From: Bacteroidales bacterium
GTDB lineage: Bacteria; Bacteroidota; Bacteroidia; Bacteroidales; ML635J-15
Reading direction: 5' to 3'
Assembly: GCA_963676165.1 (NCBI GenBank)
Contig: OY781043.1
Span: forward strand, 294,364 to 358,363
DNA length: 64,000 nucleotides
Position numbers and translations under genes: made by a program. Position 1 is the first letter of the stretch; the number at the start of each line of letters is the position of its first letter. The notes beneath the pieces were generated by a model. It made no database searches. It saw nothing but the letters and a program-made list of their open reading frames with translations, and was not told where the DNA came from. This document shows, piece after piece, positions 18,801 to 28,500 of the stretch.

Positions 18801-20183
18801 AGTTTCAGGATCTGTATAACTTATCGGAATGTCAAATTGTGGGATTTCATTTGCCTTAAATGGGGTTTCCAGAATAATTTCGATAGAGGCATAAACCACG
18901 GAATATAAAAAGTCAAAGGTTAATGAGTCCCAAGTATGATTTGTAAATGTCGGGCTAATGTCGTACTCTACACTGATATCCATAGAATCCCAATCATGAC
19001 AAGGGTAAGTGACATTTAAATCGTTATTTACGGCAAAGGTAATGGTGTCGGAATCTCCAGCATTAATCAATGCGTTGCCATCGTTGGGGTCAGTTTCAGT
19101 ATATGGCATCGAGATAGGGAATCCTAAAGTAGCCCAAATGGTAGGACAGAAGGAGAATTCTTGAGTCATATAGCTGTTCATGTCGAAACTGATCTGCAGA
19201 ATATAATAGTCGATAACTGCAGTTACCGGACTGATATCGTAAGTAATTGTTCCACCATCAATGATGTCAATGACATTGGCAATTGCGGGTCCTGTTGGTG
19301 GAGGAATGAGGTTGGCGATTGCACTTAAAAATGTTAGGACGTTAAGATTGAAATGTATCCAGTTGTCTTGTCCGTATGCTTCAAGACATTGCGTGTTTGG
19401 ATCTAGCCAATCGTCGGTTTCAACATAAGGCAAATCAATTTCACCAGTTAATCCGATGCCAAACCAGTCAGGGATGATAATAGGCAAAATGTCGTCGTTA
19501 CAAATGTTTGGTAAACCTGTTACAGGATCAAGGCAAGGATAAACAACTTCGCCTGTTTCACCATTTAGATAAAAAACTGCAATGGAGTCGTGAGGTAAAG
19601 GTTGTCCTGGAACGGGTTCGGATGGAATGTTAAAACTAGGGACAAGTGGAATTGTTGTTGTTCCAAAGAGTTCAACCACTAAGTCCATATGAAGTCCAAG
19701 TCCAAATTCCAAATCGAGAGCTATAACCCCGGCAGTTGGAAAGTGGGAGTCGAGATAGTAACCATCTAACACATCGTACCAAGAATTGATGGTGATGGTT
19801 TCTCCATGATCAAAGCTGTAGTCGTCCGGGAAATCAAGCGTGATTTCTACCGGATAGTTAATATCAATGCTTCCTAAAGTAAATCCATGAATGCTGAATG
19901 TTGAACGAATAACTCCCCAGAAACCATAGTCAAGACCCATGCCAAAGGTTTCTCCGAAAATCTCAGTATATGAACCCACATTGTCAGATTCATTCCATTC
20001 AATATTAATGATATCGTAATCAAAATCGAGGCTAAAAGCTCCACCAGGACCCCACATGTCTTGGTCCTCGGTATGATAGAGGATATTATGAATTAATACG
20101 TTGGTGGGGTCTTGCGCCAAGCTCTTTTGTGTGCCTGACACGCCAACGATTAATAATGAGATTAACAACAGTTTTAGTTTCAT
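15885..20183 (-). CDS. Giant secreted adhesin-like protein with SprB-type repeats, PKD domains and a T9SS type B C-terminal sorting domain
   Basis: 1432-aa ORF with a signal peptide. It has repeated C.G...G...VT..GGT.PY.Y.WSNG units and PKD-like segments. The C-terminus (PTAFTPNHDETNETY...NRWGEILF...GWDGT) is typical of the gliding-motility-associated CTD. Confidence 0.8.
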   Translation of the reverse strand: MKLKLLLISLLIVGVSGTQKSLAQDPTNVLIHNILYHTEDQDMWGPGGAFSLDFDYDIINIEWNESDNVGSYTEIFGETFGMGLDYGFWGVIRSTFSIHGFTLGSIDINYPVEITLDFPDDYSFDHGETITINSWYDVLDGYYLDSHFPTAGVIALDLEFGLGLHMDLVVELFGTTTIPLVPSFNIPSEPVPGQPLPHDSIAVFYLNGETGEVVYPCLDPVTGLPNICNDDILPIIIPDWFGIGLTGEIDLPYVETDDWLDPNTQCLEAYGQDNWIHFNLNVLTFLSAIANLIPPPTGPAIANVIDIIDGGTITYDISPVTAVIDYYILQISFDMNSYMTQEFSFCPTIWATLGFPISMPYTETDPNDGNALINAGDSDTITFAVNNDLNVTYPCHDWDSMDISVEYDISPTFTNHTWDSLTFDFLYSVVYASIEIILETPFKANEIPQFDIPISYTDPETGERVYNNISTPGYTTPEIDLSDYLAKDDYVSMYDESRNGSKDITIGPFEIGPLLEGSVPLGYIPINWFNQTWDMDGFYEDDDTIHDQVNIIPLPELDFEIDGNDILCFGDTSGVVTVTALNSTGPYTFEYSNGMVNTHISPIDSIIVPAGYYYVTVSDVYGCEVTGEMNISNLYPPMWATLHEDDVLCHGEATGNLYVTSGGGAGSHTYWWEPANSDEQNPVGVFAGMHYVTVTDSVGCTYEDSIYVDEPDAPLSMTYTFINVSCYGGYDGELDVTPAGGTPPYYYEWSNGMNTQDLMNIPAGDYTISITDANGCDLSHTMVIIEPEPLVANIHSNDVSCFDASNGYIDLTVTGGTPPYNYQWNNSVTTEDQQNIPAGIYIVTVTDNNDCQTYAYVQIDQPDFPLTATIEHEDVRCFGEDNGWASVNVFGGTEPYFYSWSNGEIGQSIDSLPPGIYSVTITDNHSCLAYDTVEIIQPDAPLGASITATDASCGNYTDGTVQITAFGGTPPYHYNWSNGSWEEDQIGVGAGYYSVTVTDDHYCHFVIGDSVREPEPIELMTLDDQTICWGQTTTIGYSMITGGVPPYTVFWTHHGLQGESIEVAPEGTTEYGAFVMDDINCMSDTSYFTVTVHDPLEFDLMANIDTVCPYETVRFDLNLSGSAGQPYEVYLHDSLIYGDMIYVKPWTDSVFAFTAWDACHFDSIYVEYPIYTYPLPQTLINADITEGCQPLTVHFNEGSPHIGQRYIWDFDDGDVENLSFDKQPTHTFHNATTYHVNLMVESTDGCRRDSTIAITVHPKPDAEFEASKTNVLITDPLVEFTNYTAGGYFYEWNFGDGGITDEESPQHSFGQPGKYTVLLTAESLFGCVDTATVNMTVSGEVMIYAPTAFTPNHDETNETYNIVVTGIDMNSYHMEIYNRWGEILFKTDDQDIGWDGTTNNINSPEGVYSWYLEFDDYYGNTYTQSGHFTLIR

Positions 20184-20185
20184 GG

Positions 20186-20734
20186 TTATTTTATTAATTC
20201 AGCTGACATTAAACAGTTAATGATAGGTTTAAATACGGTTTTCTTTACCATCACTGGATAATTTGCATTAATCCAGATGGTGTTATTATAATCTCCAGTA
20301 AATAGCATTAGGCGCTCAAATTTTACGCCTTTTGCATCAAACTCAACGGTGTAAATGACTCCGCTATGGCCGGATTTTAGTTCAACTTCTTGACGGTTGA
20401 GGAATTTTACCCCTTGGGATGTGAAATGTTCAGGAGTCATGACTTTGTCAATGATGGGCCAGCTCGTTCCGTTCACTTCCTTAATCTGGATACTGGCACT
20501 GGTTCCTGGGTGTATATATCCAGGAATGTTTTTGGCAAAAATGAAGTGTTCAGGAGGAATCATTGCAATATTTTTCCCCGGAACAGTGTCCAATAATGAT
20601 CTGTTATACGGAATTTCTTCAATATTCCGTATAAAATAGTCGCTGATATCAGGTGCAGAATCTGCGGCGGTTTCCTGTCCAAAAACCAGTCCTGACAGCA
20701 GAACTAACCCAAAAACAATTAGTCCTTTTTTCAT
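20186..20734 (-). CDS. Hypothetical secreted protein
   Basis: 182-aa ORF with a signal peptide. It ends 2 nt before the adhesin gene start, so it is probably co-transcribed. Confidence 0.5.
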   Translation of the reverse strand: MKKGLIVFGLVLLSGLVFGQETAADSAPDISDYFIRNIEEIPYNRSLLDTVPGKNIAMIPPEHFIFAKNIPGYIHPGTSASIQIKEVNGTSWPIIDKVMTPEHFTSQGVKFLNRQEVELKSGHSGVIYTVEFDAKGVKFERLMLFTGDYNNTIWINANYPVMVKKTVFKPIINCLMSAELIK

Positions 20735-20854
20735 AACATATCCCCAACGCTCTAAAGTACTAAAAAAAAATTGTATCTACAAGTCTGATTTTAGGACGTA
20801 GTTAAGTATTAAAGGTTGTCTTAGAAAAATGAAAATTGTAATTGTAAAGAGAAT

Positions 20855-21562
20855 TTAATTTTCAGTAGGGATATCAGCTTCTTTTTCATTTGTTTCCACA
20901 GGAACTTCTTCGGCTTTTTCAGTCTTTGGAAATGCTCGTTTATAGAAAAGGATGAGGAAAATAACGCCTGAAGTGATGCTCGCATCAGCAATGTTAAAAA
21001 CAGGCTGAAAGAATGTGAAGGATTGACCTCCAATTCCAGGAAACCATTGTGGATAAGTTCCGTTGATGATAGGGAAATAAAACATGTCCACTACCTTGCC
21101 ATGAAGGAAATTTCCATAGCCTCCACCTTCAGGCATAAAACTCGCTACCTGATGTAAGCTGTGGTCGAAAATTATTCCGTAAAAAGCTGAGTCAATCAGG
21201 TTTCCTAATGCTCCAGCTAAAATGAGAGAAAGCGCAACAATGAAGTACATGTTTTCGCCTTTTTTGAGCGAACGTATGAGGTACCAGAACATGGCTCCAA
21301 TTGCTAATATGCGGAATAAACTCAAAAATAGTTTGCCATAATTGCCGCCAAATTCCATCCCAAATGCCATGCCCGGATTTTCAGTGAAGTGAATAATAAA
21401 CCAATTGGCAACTTTCACCTCTTCACCTAGCATGAAGTGAGTTTTGATATAAAACTTCAGAATCTGATCAACAAGTAAAATGAAAATCATGATCCCAAAC
21501 GCGATTATGACTCGTTTGTTTTTCACGTAGTAAAAATAGTAAAATTCCCATAGGACATACAA
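20855..21562 (-). CDS. lspA: Lipoprotein signal peptidase II (true start probably internal, near 21526)
   Basis: Four TM segments are present. The motifs NPGMAFG, GALGNLIDS and DMFYF/FNIADASI are typical of LspA. The gene sits downstream of ileS-dksA, as in many Bacteroidota. Confidence 0.85.
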   Translation of the reverse strand: MYVLWEFYYFYYVKNKRVIIAFGIMIFILLVDQILKFYIKTHFMLGEEVKVANWFIIHFTENPGMAFGMEFGGNYGKLFLSLFRILAIGAMFWYLIRSLKKGENMYFIVALSLILAGALGNLIDSAFYGIIFDHSLHQVASFMPEGGGYGNFLHGKVVDMFYFPIINGTYPQWFPGIGGQSFTFFQPVFNIADASITSGVIFLILFYKRAFPKTEKAEEVPVETNEKEADIPTEN

Positions 21563-21585
21563 AGATTCCTATGGGAATTTTCAAA

Positions 21586-21972
21586 TTATTTCTGATTGTT
21601 TTTCGCGTCGATGCTTAGTGTTGCATGAGGAACTGCTCTTAGGCGTTCTTTTGCAATTAGCTTTCCGGTTTCACGGCAAATGCCGTAAGTCCCATTTTCA
21701 ATACGTACTAATGCAGCATTCAAATGTTGGATGAATTTTGCTTGACGTTGCGCTAATCTTCCAGCTTCCTCTTTGGACAAAACAGTTGCTCCTTCTTCCA
21801 AAACTTTAAAGGTTGGTGAAGTGTCTGCTGTGTCATTAGAGTCATCATTATTCAATGCTGATTTGTACAATTCGTAATCACGTTTTGCTTTTTCCAGCTT
21901 CTTAAGGATAATTTCTTTGAACTCCTGGAGTTCTTCCTTATTGTATCGTTTTTTGTTTTCTTGTTCGCTCAT
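21586..21972 (-). CDS. TraR/DksA-family zinc-finger protein
   Basis: 128-aa ORF. The C-terminal GTYGICRETGKLIAKERLRAVPHATLSIDAK is DksA/TraR-like. Confidence 0.75.
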   Translation of the reverse strand: MSEQENKKRYNKEELQEFKEIILKKLEKAKRDYELYKSALNNDDSNDTADTSPTFKVLEEGATVLSKEEAGRLAQRQAKFIQHLNAALVRIENGTYGICRETGKLIAKERLRAVPHATLSIDAKNNQK

Positions 21973-21992
21973 AGTTGATTTGATTAATGTAT

Positions 21993-24900
21993 TTAAACAC
22001 GTTCAATGAACAATTTCGTTTCGAGATTATCCAATTTTACGTCTTCGGTTTCGTTTTGTTCCAGTTTTTCTAAACTTTTTATTGACACTCCTAAAGTTTG
22101 TGCACAAATATAGTCCCCATGTTTGTTTATTGCTGCGTCAATTTCTTCATTTGACTCTAGTTGAATCTGAATTTTATCTGTGACATCAAAATCTTTGTCT
22201 TTTCTTAAATTTTGGATTCTATTAATGAGTTCTCGAGCAATTCCTTCTTGTTTGAGCTCTTCAGTAATTTGAATGTCAAGGGCAACGGTTAAATGCGCCT
22301 GATTGCTTACCAACCATCCTGGAATGTCTTCAGAAATGATTTCTACATCTTCAAGGCTCAACGCAACGTCAGTATCGCTTACATTTAAGTGATATTCTCC
22401 TGTTTGCTCAAATTGTGCAATCTGCTCTTGGGATAATCCCATGATAACAGGAGCAAGTTGCTTCATGATTTTGCCATATTTTGGACCAAGAGTTTTGAAG
22501 TTAGGCTTGATCTTTTTCACCAATACTCCAGATGCATCGTCAAGGTACTCAACTTCTTTGATGTTGGTTTCTGTACGGATGATATCTTCAACCTTTTCTA
22601 ACTGTGCTTTCATGGTATCATCTTTCACAGGAATCATAATTTTCTGCAATGGTTGACGTACTTTGATGTTGACTTTTCGACGCAAAGCAAGGATCATACT
22701 GGAAATACTTTGAGCCATATGCATACGCTCTTCTAGCTCAGCATCAATTCTAGAAGCATCCCAAGTAGGGAAATCTTCATGATGAATTGATGTTTTTGCT
22801 TTGTTGTTTGTTAAGTCGCGATACAATACATCACTGTAGAATGGAGCAATTGGACTCATTAATTTTGAAATTTCTAAGAGACATGTGTACAATGTCTGGT
22901 ATGCAGAAATTTTGTCATCGTCCATGCTTCCACCCCAATAACGTTTTCTTCCTAAACGCACATACCAATTACTCAAGTGGTCATTCACAAAATTCTGAAT
23001 CATACGTCCGGCACGAGTTGGTTCGTAGTTTTCCATTGATTGCTCAACGTCGCGGATGAGTGAATTCAACTGTGAGATAATCCATTGATCAAGAATTGGT
23101 TGGGTTTCATTGCTTACTTTATGTTTTTCAGGATCAAAACCATCAATGTTTGCGTAAAGTGCAAAGAAACTGTATGTGTTGTAAAGTGTTCCGAAGAATT
23201 TGCGTTTCACTTCTTCAACACCTTGTTCGTCAAACTTCAAGTTGTCCCATGGTTGGGAGTTGGTGGTCATATACCAGCGCAAAGCATCTGCACCAAATTT
23301 GTCCATGGTGTCAAATGGATTGACTGCATTTCCTAAACGTTTGGACATTTTGTTTCCATGTTTGTCCAAAACTAATCCATTGGAAATGATATTTTTAAAT
23401 GCTACGTCATCGCTAATCATTGTTGCGATAGCATGCAAGGTAAAGAACCATCCACGAGTTTGATCTACTCCTTCAGCAATGAAATCTGCAGGAATTCTTT
23501 CTTCGAAACCTGCTTTGTTTTCAAATGGATAATGCCATTGTGCATAAGGCATTGCTCCGGAGTCAAACCAAACATCAATTAAGTCAGCTTCACGGTGTAA
23601 AGGTTCTCCGTTTTCACCTTTTAACACAATGCGGTCAACGTATGGTCTGTGTAAATCAATTTTATCGTAATTGGCTTTTGAGAAGTCTCCAGGGACAAAA
23701 TCTTTGTATGGATTTTCTTCCATCAAGCCAGCTTTAATTGCTATGTTAATTTCGTTAACTAACTCTTTTGCTGAGCCGATGCATTTTCTTTCGCTTCCAT
23801 CTTCACTGCTCCAAATTGGTAAAGGAGTTCCCCAATATCTAGATCTGCTTAAGTTCCAGTCAACGAGGTTTTCTAACCACTTTCCGAAACGTCCTTCGCC
23901 AGTGCTTTTGGGTTTCCAGTTAATGGTTTTGTTTAGCTCTATCATTCTGTCTTTAACTGCAGTGGTTTTGATGAACCAACTGTCCAGTGGATAATAAAGC
24001 ACCGGCTTGTCAGTACGCCAGCAATGTGGGTAATTATGTTCGTGCTTTTCTACACGGAAAGCCAAGTCGTTTTTCTTCATCATCACTGCAATGTCAACAT
24101 CTAGAGAAGCATCTTTTTCAGTGAGATTTTCATCGTAATCGTTTTTGACAAAACGGCCTGCAAATTCACCATACGCTTCAGTATCCACATACTGAGCAAC
24201 AAAATCTGAATCTAAATTTTCAATTGGGAAGAAGCGTCCTTGTTTGTCAACCATAGGAACACGAGTGCCTTCTTTGTCGATAAGTACCAATGGAGGAATG
24301 CCTGCTTTTTTCGCAACTCTATCATCATCTGCACCAAAAGTAGGAGCGATGTGAACAATACCTGTACCATCTTCTGTGGTTACGTAATCGCCCTCAATAA
24401 TGCGAAATGCTTCACTCATTGGTTTTACCCATGGAATAATCTGTTCGTATGACATGCCAGCAAGTTCTTTCCCTTTGAATTCAGCAACTTTTTGCCATGG
24501 AATTTTTTTACTGCCAGTTTTGAAATCTTCAAAAGCTCCATTTTCTTGTTCTGCATTGAAATACGCTGAAAGTCTGTCTTTTGCCAAAACAACATGTGCT
24601 GGATTTCCAGAATAAGGATTCAGCGTTTTAACAAGTACATATTCAATGCCAGGACCTACTGCTAAGGCTGTGTTTGAAGGCAAAGTCCAAGGTGTGGTTG
24701 TCCATGCCATAAAGTACAATGGAGAGTCGCACTTTTCTAATAGTGCTTGATTCTCATCTTTCTCAGGAATGCGAAACATCCCAACTGCTGTTGTATCTTT
24801 TACATCACGGTAACAGCCTGGTTGATTCAGCTCATGTGTACTCAAACCTGTTCCTGCAGCAGGAGAATATGGTTGTATCGTGTATCCTTTGTAAAGCATT

Positions 24901-25415
24901 CCTTTGTTGAAAAGAGTGCTAAGCAAATTCCACAAGGTTTCAATATAACGGTTGTCGTAAGTAATATATGGATCATCCATATTGACCCAATATCCCATTT
25001 GACGTGTGAGTTTTTCCCACATGTCTGTGTACTTCATTACCTCTTCACGACAAGTTTGATTGTATTTTTCAACAGTAATAGATTTTCCAATATCTTCTTT
25101 GGTGATACCTAGCGTTTTTTCAACGGAAAGCTCTACAGGTAAACCATGAGTGTCCCATCCTGCTTTACGTTTAACCTGAAAGCCTTTAAGTGTTTTGTAA
25201 CGACAAATGCTATCCTTAATCCCTCTAGCCATGACATGGTGAATGCCTGGTTTGCCATTGGCTGACGGTGGACCTTCGTGGAAAATGAAACTGGGTTTTC
25301 CTTCACGGATTTCGAGAGATTTCTCAAAACTCTTTTCTTCTTCCCACTTTGCTTGCATGTCGCGGTTGATCTTTGCTAGATCAAGCGCTTGATATTCAGG
25401 AAATCGTTTTTGCAT
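21993..25415 (-). CDS. ileS: Isoleucine--tRNA ligase
   Basis: 1140-aa ORF. It has the HIGH-type motif (PSANGKPGIHH), KMSKRLGN, and class I editing-domain architecture. Confidence 0.95.
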   Translation of the reverse strand: MQKRFPEYQALDLAKINRDMQAKWEEEKSFEKSLEIREGKPSFIFHEGPPSANGKPGIHHVMARGIKDSICRYKTLKGFQVKRKAGWDTHGLPVELSVEKTLGITKEDIGKSITVEKYNQTCREEVMKYTDMWEKLTRQMGYWVNMDDPYITYDNRYIETLWNLLSTLFNKGMLYKGYTIQPYSPAAGTGLSTHELNQPGCYRDVKDTTAVGMFRIPEKDENQALLEKCDSPLYFMAWTTTPWTLPSNTALAVGPGIEYVLVKTLNPYSGNPAHVVLAKDRLSAYFNAEQENGAFEDFKTGSKKIPWQKVAEFKGKELAGMSYEQIIPWVKPMSEAFRIIEGDYVTTEDGTGIVHIAPTFGADDDRVAKKAGIPPLVLIDKEGTRVPMVDKQGRFFPIENLDSDFVAQYVDTEAYGEFAGRFVKNDYDENLTEKDASLDVDIAVMMKKNDLAFRVEKHEHNYPHCWRTDKPVLYYPLDSWFIKTTAVKDRMIELNKTINWKPKSTGEGRFGKWLENLVDWNLSRSRYWGTPLPIWSSEDGSERKCIGSAKELVNEINIAIKAGLMEENPYKDFVPGDFSKANYDKIDLHRPYVDRIVLKGENGEPLHREADLIDVWFDSGAMPYAQWHYPFENKAGFEERIPADFIAEGVDQTRGWFFTLHAIATMISDDVAFKNIISNGLVLDKHGNKMSKRLGNAVNPFDTMDKFGADALRWYMTTNSQPWDNLKFDEQGVEEVKRKFFGTLYNTYSFFALYANIDGFDPEKHKVSNETQPILDQWIISQLNSLIRDVEQSMENYEPTRAGRMIQNFVNDHLSNWYVRLGRKRYWGGSMDDDKISAYQTLYTCLLEISKLMSPIAPFYSDVLYRDLTNNKAKTSIHHEDFPTWDASRIDAELEERMHMAQSISSMILALRRKVNIKVRQPLQKIMIPVKDDTMKAQLEKVEDIIRTETNIKEVEYLDDASGVLVKKIKPNFKTLGPKYGKIMKQLAPVIMGLSQEQIAQFEQTGEYHLNVSDTDVALSLEDVEIISEDIPGWLVSNQAHLTVALDIQITEELKQEGIARELINRIQNLRKDKDFDVTDKIQIQLESNEEIDAAINKHGDYICAQTLGVSIKSLEKLEQNETEDVKLDNLETKLFIERV

Positions 25416-25504
25416 TTTACTTATTTCTTAAAAATTAGCAATCTGCAAATATACTGTGTGAATGCGTAGTTTCCAAATGGGAATTTTGCCTTGTTATTAA
25501 GCTT

Positions 25505-28500
25505 TTATTCTTCGGATTTTTCAGTTCCCTCTTCCTTGTCTTCTTCCTCGTTTTTCTTGGTAATTGGAGCGAAGTAGCGTTGTAGTAATTCTTTGATTGT
25601 GTTGAAAGATTCTGTGTAGAAAATACCAACTCCTTGGGTGTATGGTCCGTAATCGAAATCTAGTTGCGATTGTGAGTTTGCTCGTGTAAATCCTTTTACC
25701 CTCAAATTCCCCGATTTATTGATCTTTACTTGCACTTCAACATCACCAACAATATCTGAGGATGTGTTTTCGTGCTCGCCAACTCCAACATTTCCATTGA
25801 TGAGGACTCTGTCGTTAAGAATTTGAGTTGAAAGTGCCACCTCTAGCTCTTGCGATGTAATTTCATCTCCAGGTCGATAATTTACACCAATGTCAAAGTC
25901 GTCAGAAATTTGAGAAAGCCAATTGCTAAGCTGGTTCGAAAGTAATTCAAACGATGTGACACCTGCAAGATTTGAGCTGCGGTTTTCACCTGCCATTTGC
26001 ATGTCGTCTGGCGTATAAAAACGATTCAGGACAAGTAAGGTTAGCACTTGTTTGTTAATTTCATCGTCGGATAAGCTTGCCACACGTGTTTTGGCTTTTT
26101 CGTCGGCATTAGGAACTTCTATGCTGAATTTTATATCGGGATTTAGAAGGTCGCCAGTCATGTTCATGAAACAGGAAACATCTGTACGACGTTTGTACAC
26201 ATCGCTAGTATCTATGCCGACCATAATGTCGTAAAGCGGAGCTTTTAATTTATACGCAGCACGTAAATCGAGTTTCCCTTCCGTTGGATTTCCATCCCAG
26301 GAAATCATACCGCCTTCTTCAATCACAAACCGTTTGTTTATGATGTTCTGCAAAGTAAAAAGGTAATCTCCTGATTTTACTTCCAGTTCCCCTTTCATGG
26401 AGAAATCTCCGTCTGGATACACTTCAATACTCAGGTCTCCTAGTGCGTTGGCGCGAATCATATCTCCAACTTTCGGATCAAATACTAACCGGGCTTCTGC
26501 ATCAGGGGTAACGGATAAGTTCATCAAAAATGTTACGTCAAAAGGGGTCTCAGGGATTAAATCTTCAAGATGTTGTTCTGCTGCTGAATCTTTGATAAAT
26601 GTAATCCATGGTTCTTCATCTGCTTCGTAGCTATTTCCCATAGGGAGAACGAAAACGGTATTTTTTTCAGTGACTGCTTCTGGAATTTCAATAACAATGT
26701 CTTGTGTGCTGCCTCGGATGTTTGCACTTGCAGTGGCAAATGCGGATCCATAATATTGAGAATTATCAACCTCTGTAGTATTCATGATATGATAATTCTG
26801 CAGATCAATATCAAAATTGTAAGTAATATCTTGGAACATATTATGAGATAAATTTCCACGAATGACTCCGGTACCACCTTTTTCATCGGTGATCAAGAAG
26901 TTTTTAAAGACAAGAGAATCAGTATACACAAAAATTGAATCGTTTATATTGAATCTTGCCATCAATATGTCAAAAGTTAGTCCGGCACGATTGAAATCCA
27001 AAGCGCCTTGAATTTCAGGATCGCTGATTTTTCCTGTCACATCAATGCTTCCGTCGATATTACCATTGATGTCTAATAAGCCTGCATTAATCATGTACGG
27101 TGAGAGGACTGACAGTCCAAAATTATTGATGTTTAATGTTAAATCGAGGCTGTCAGAGCTCGGGTTAATTCCTCCGCGGAAATCAATGTATTGACTGTTT
27201 CCATCAAGTCGGAGAGCATTTGACAAATAATCCCAAGTGGCATTAATTTGGAGTCTGCCAAACTCTTCTTCATTGACAAATAAATCGTTTAACTCAATAA
27301 ACGACCGGAAATTTATGTCGGAGTATGCGTCGGATAAGCGTCCATTGCTATTGAAAACCCCTGTAAGCTGATAACCACTCTTAGCAAGAAAGCGGTTGAG
27401 CAAACTAATATCAAAATTCTGAATGTAATATCTGAAATCTTTCGAAGGGTCATTGGAAAGGTATCCTACCAAACGTAGTTTTTGATTTTCATTGTGGAAA
27501 TTAATGGATCCCAGATTGATTTCGCTGGTATCAATGCGTATTCTTGTCTCATCAAGCATCCAACTTTGATTGTTCAAAATAAAATCAGAATTGTAAAGAT
27601 GAGTTTCTATTGCAATATTGTCATTAAGTGATGGTTCAAATAATACAGATGCATAAAAATTTCCTGCATAACGAATGCTATCGTTTTCATTATCCCACGA
27701 TAAATCCAGTTGTACAGAATCCTCTTGAGATGTTGTGTTGATTGCTAGATTATCAAAGATTTCATTTCCTTTGAAATTAATTCTGTCTGAGAAAAATTTA
27801 ATATCCATTGCATCATTGTCAGAGTTCAGATCAAGTTTAAGGTTTTTGACAATGATGGTGTCAAATTGAAGCTCTGGGGCTTCAAGGCTAATGGTATAAA
27901 TGTCCTTGTTTGCATCCAATTTTGCATCCAGAGACATATTCTCAGGAATGTCAAGTTGAGGTAAAAAGAAATGCGTTAGAGAATTGAGGTTGTGGAATTT
28001 CGCATCAATATTCAAAATGCCGGGATTGTCAGCGAGATAGTTTTCTTCTTTTTCTTCTGATTTATCCAGAATTGGGAAATACTGATATGCAAGTTTTCCT
28101 AGTGCGGTAAAAAACTCTCCTGTGTTGTAATGTCCGTTTGTATTGATATCAAAATAATCGCTTCGGATGGATAAAACTTGTTCGTCAAGTATGTTAAGGC
28201 TGTTAACAATGAGTTGGTTAATTTTTGCAGTATCTTTTTCTTTACGATAATAAATATTGGACAGTTGAACTTCTCCAATTGCATTGTCGAGTTTATTTCC
28301 TTTGACATCGGCAATGAGTAGCAGTCCGGCTTCAGAATCGATAGTGTCAAGTTGAAGTTCATCCAGATTTCCTTTTATGTCTGCACGGAAATCCATATTT
28401 GGGACATTGTTTTCCATTTCATAACCACCCATGAATTCAACTTTGAAATTTGGATCATCAACCATGATTTCTCCATTGAAAGATTCATTGGTTAATCGCC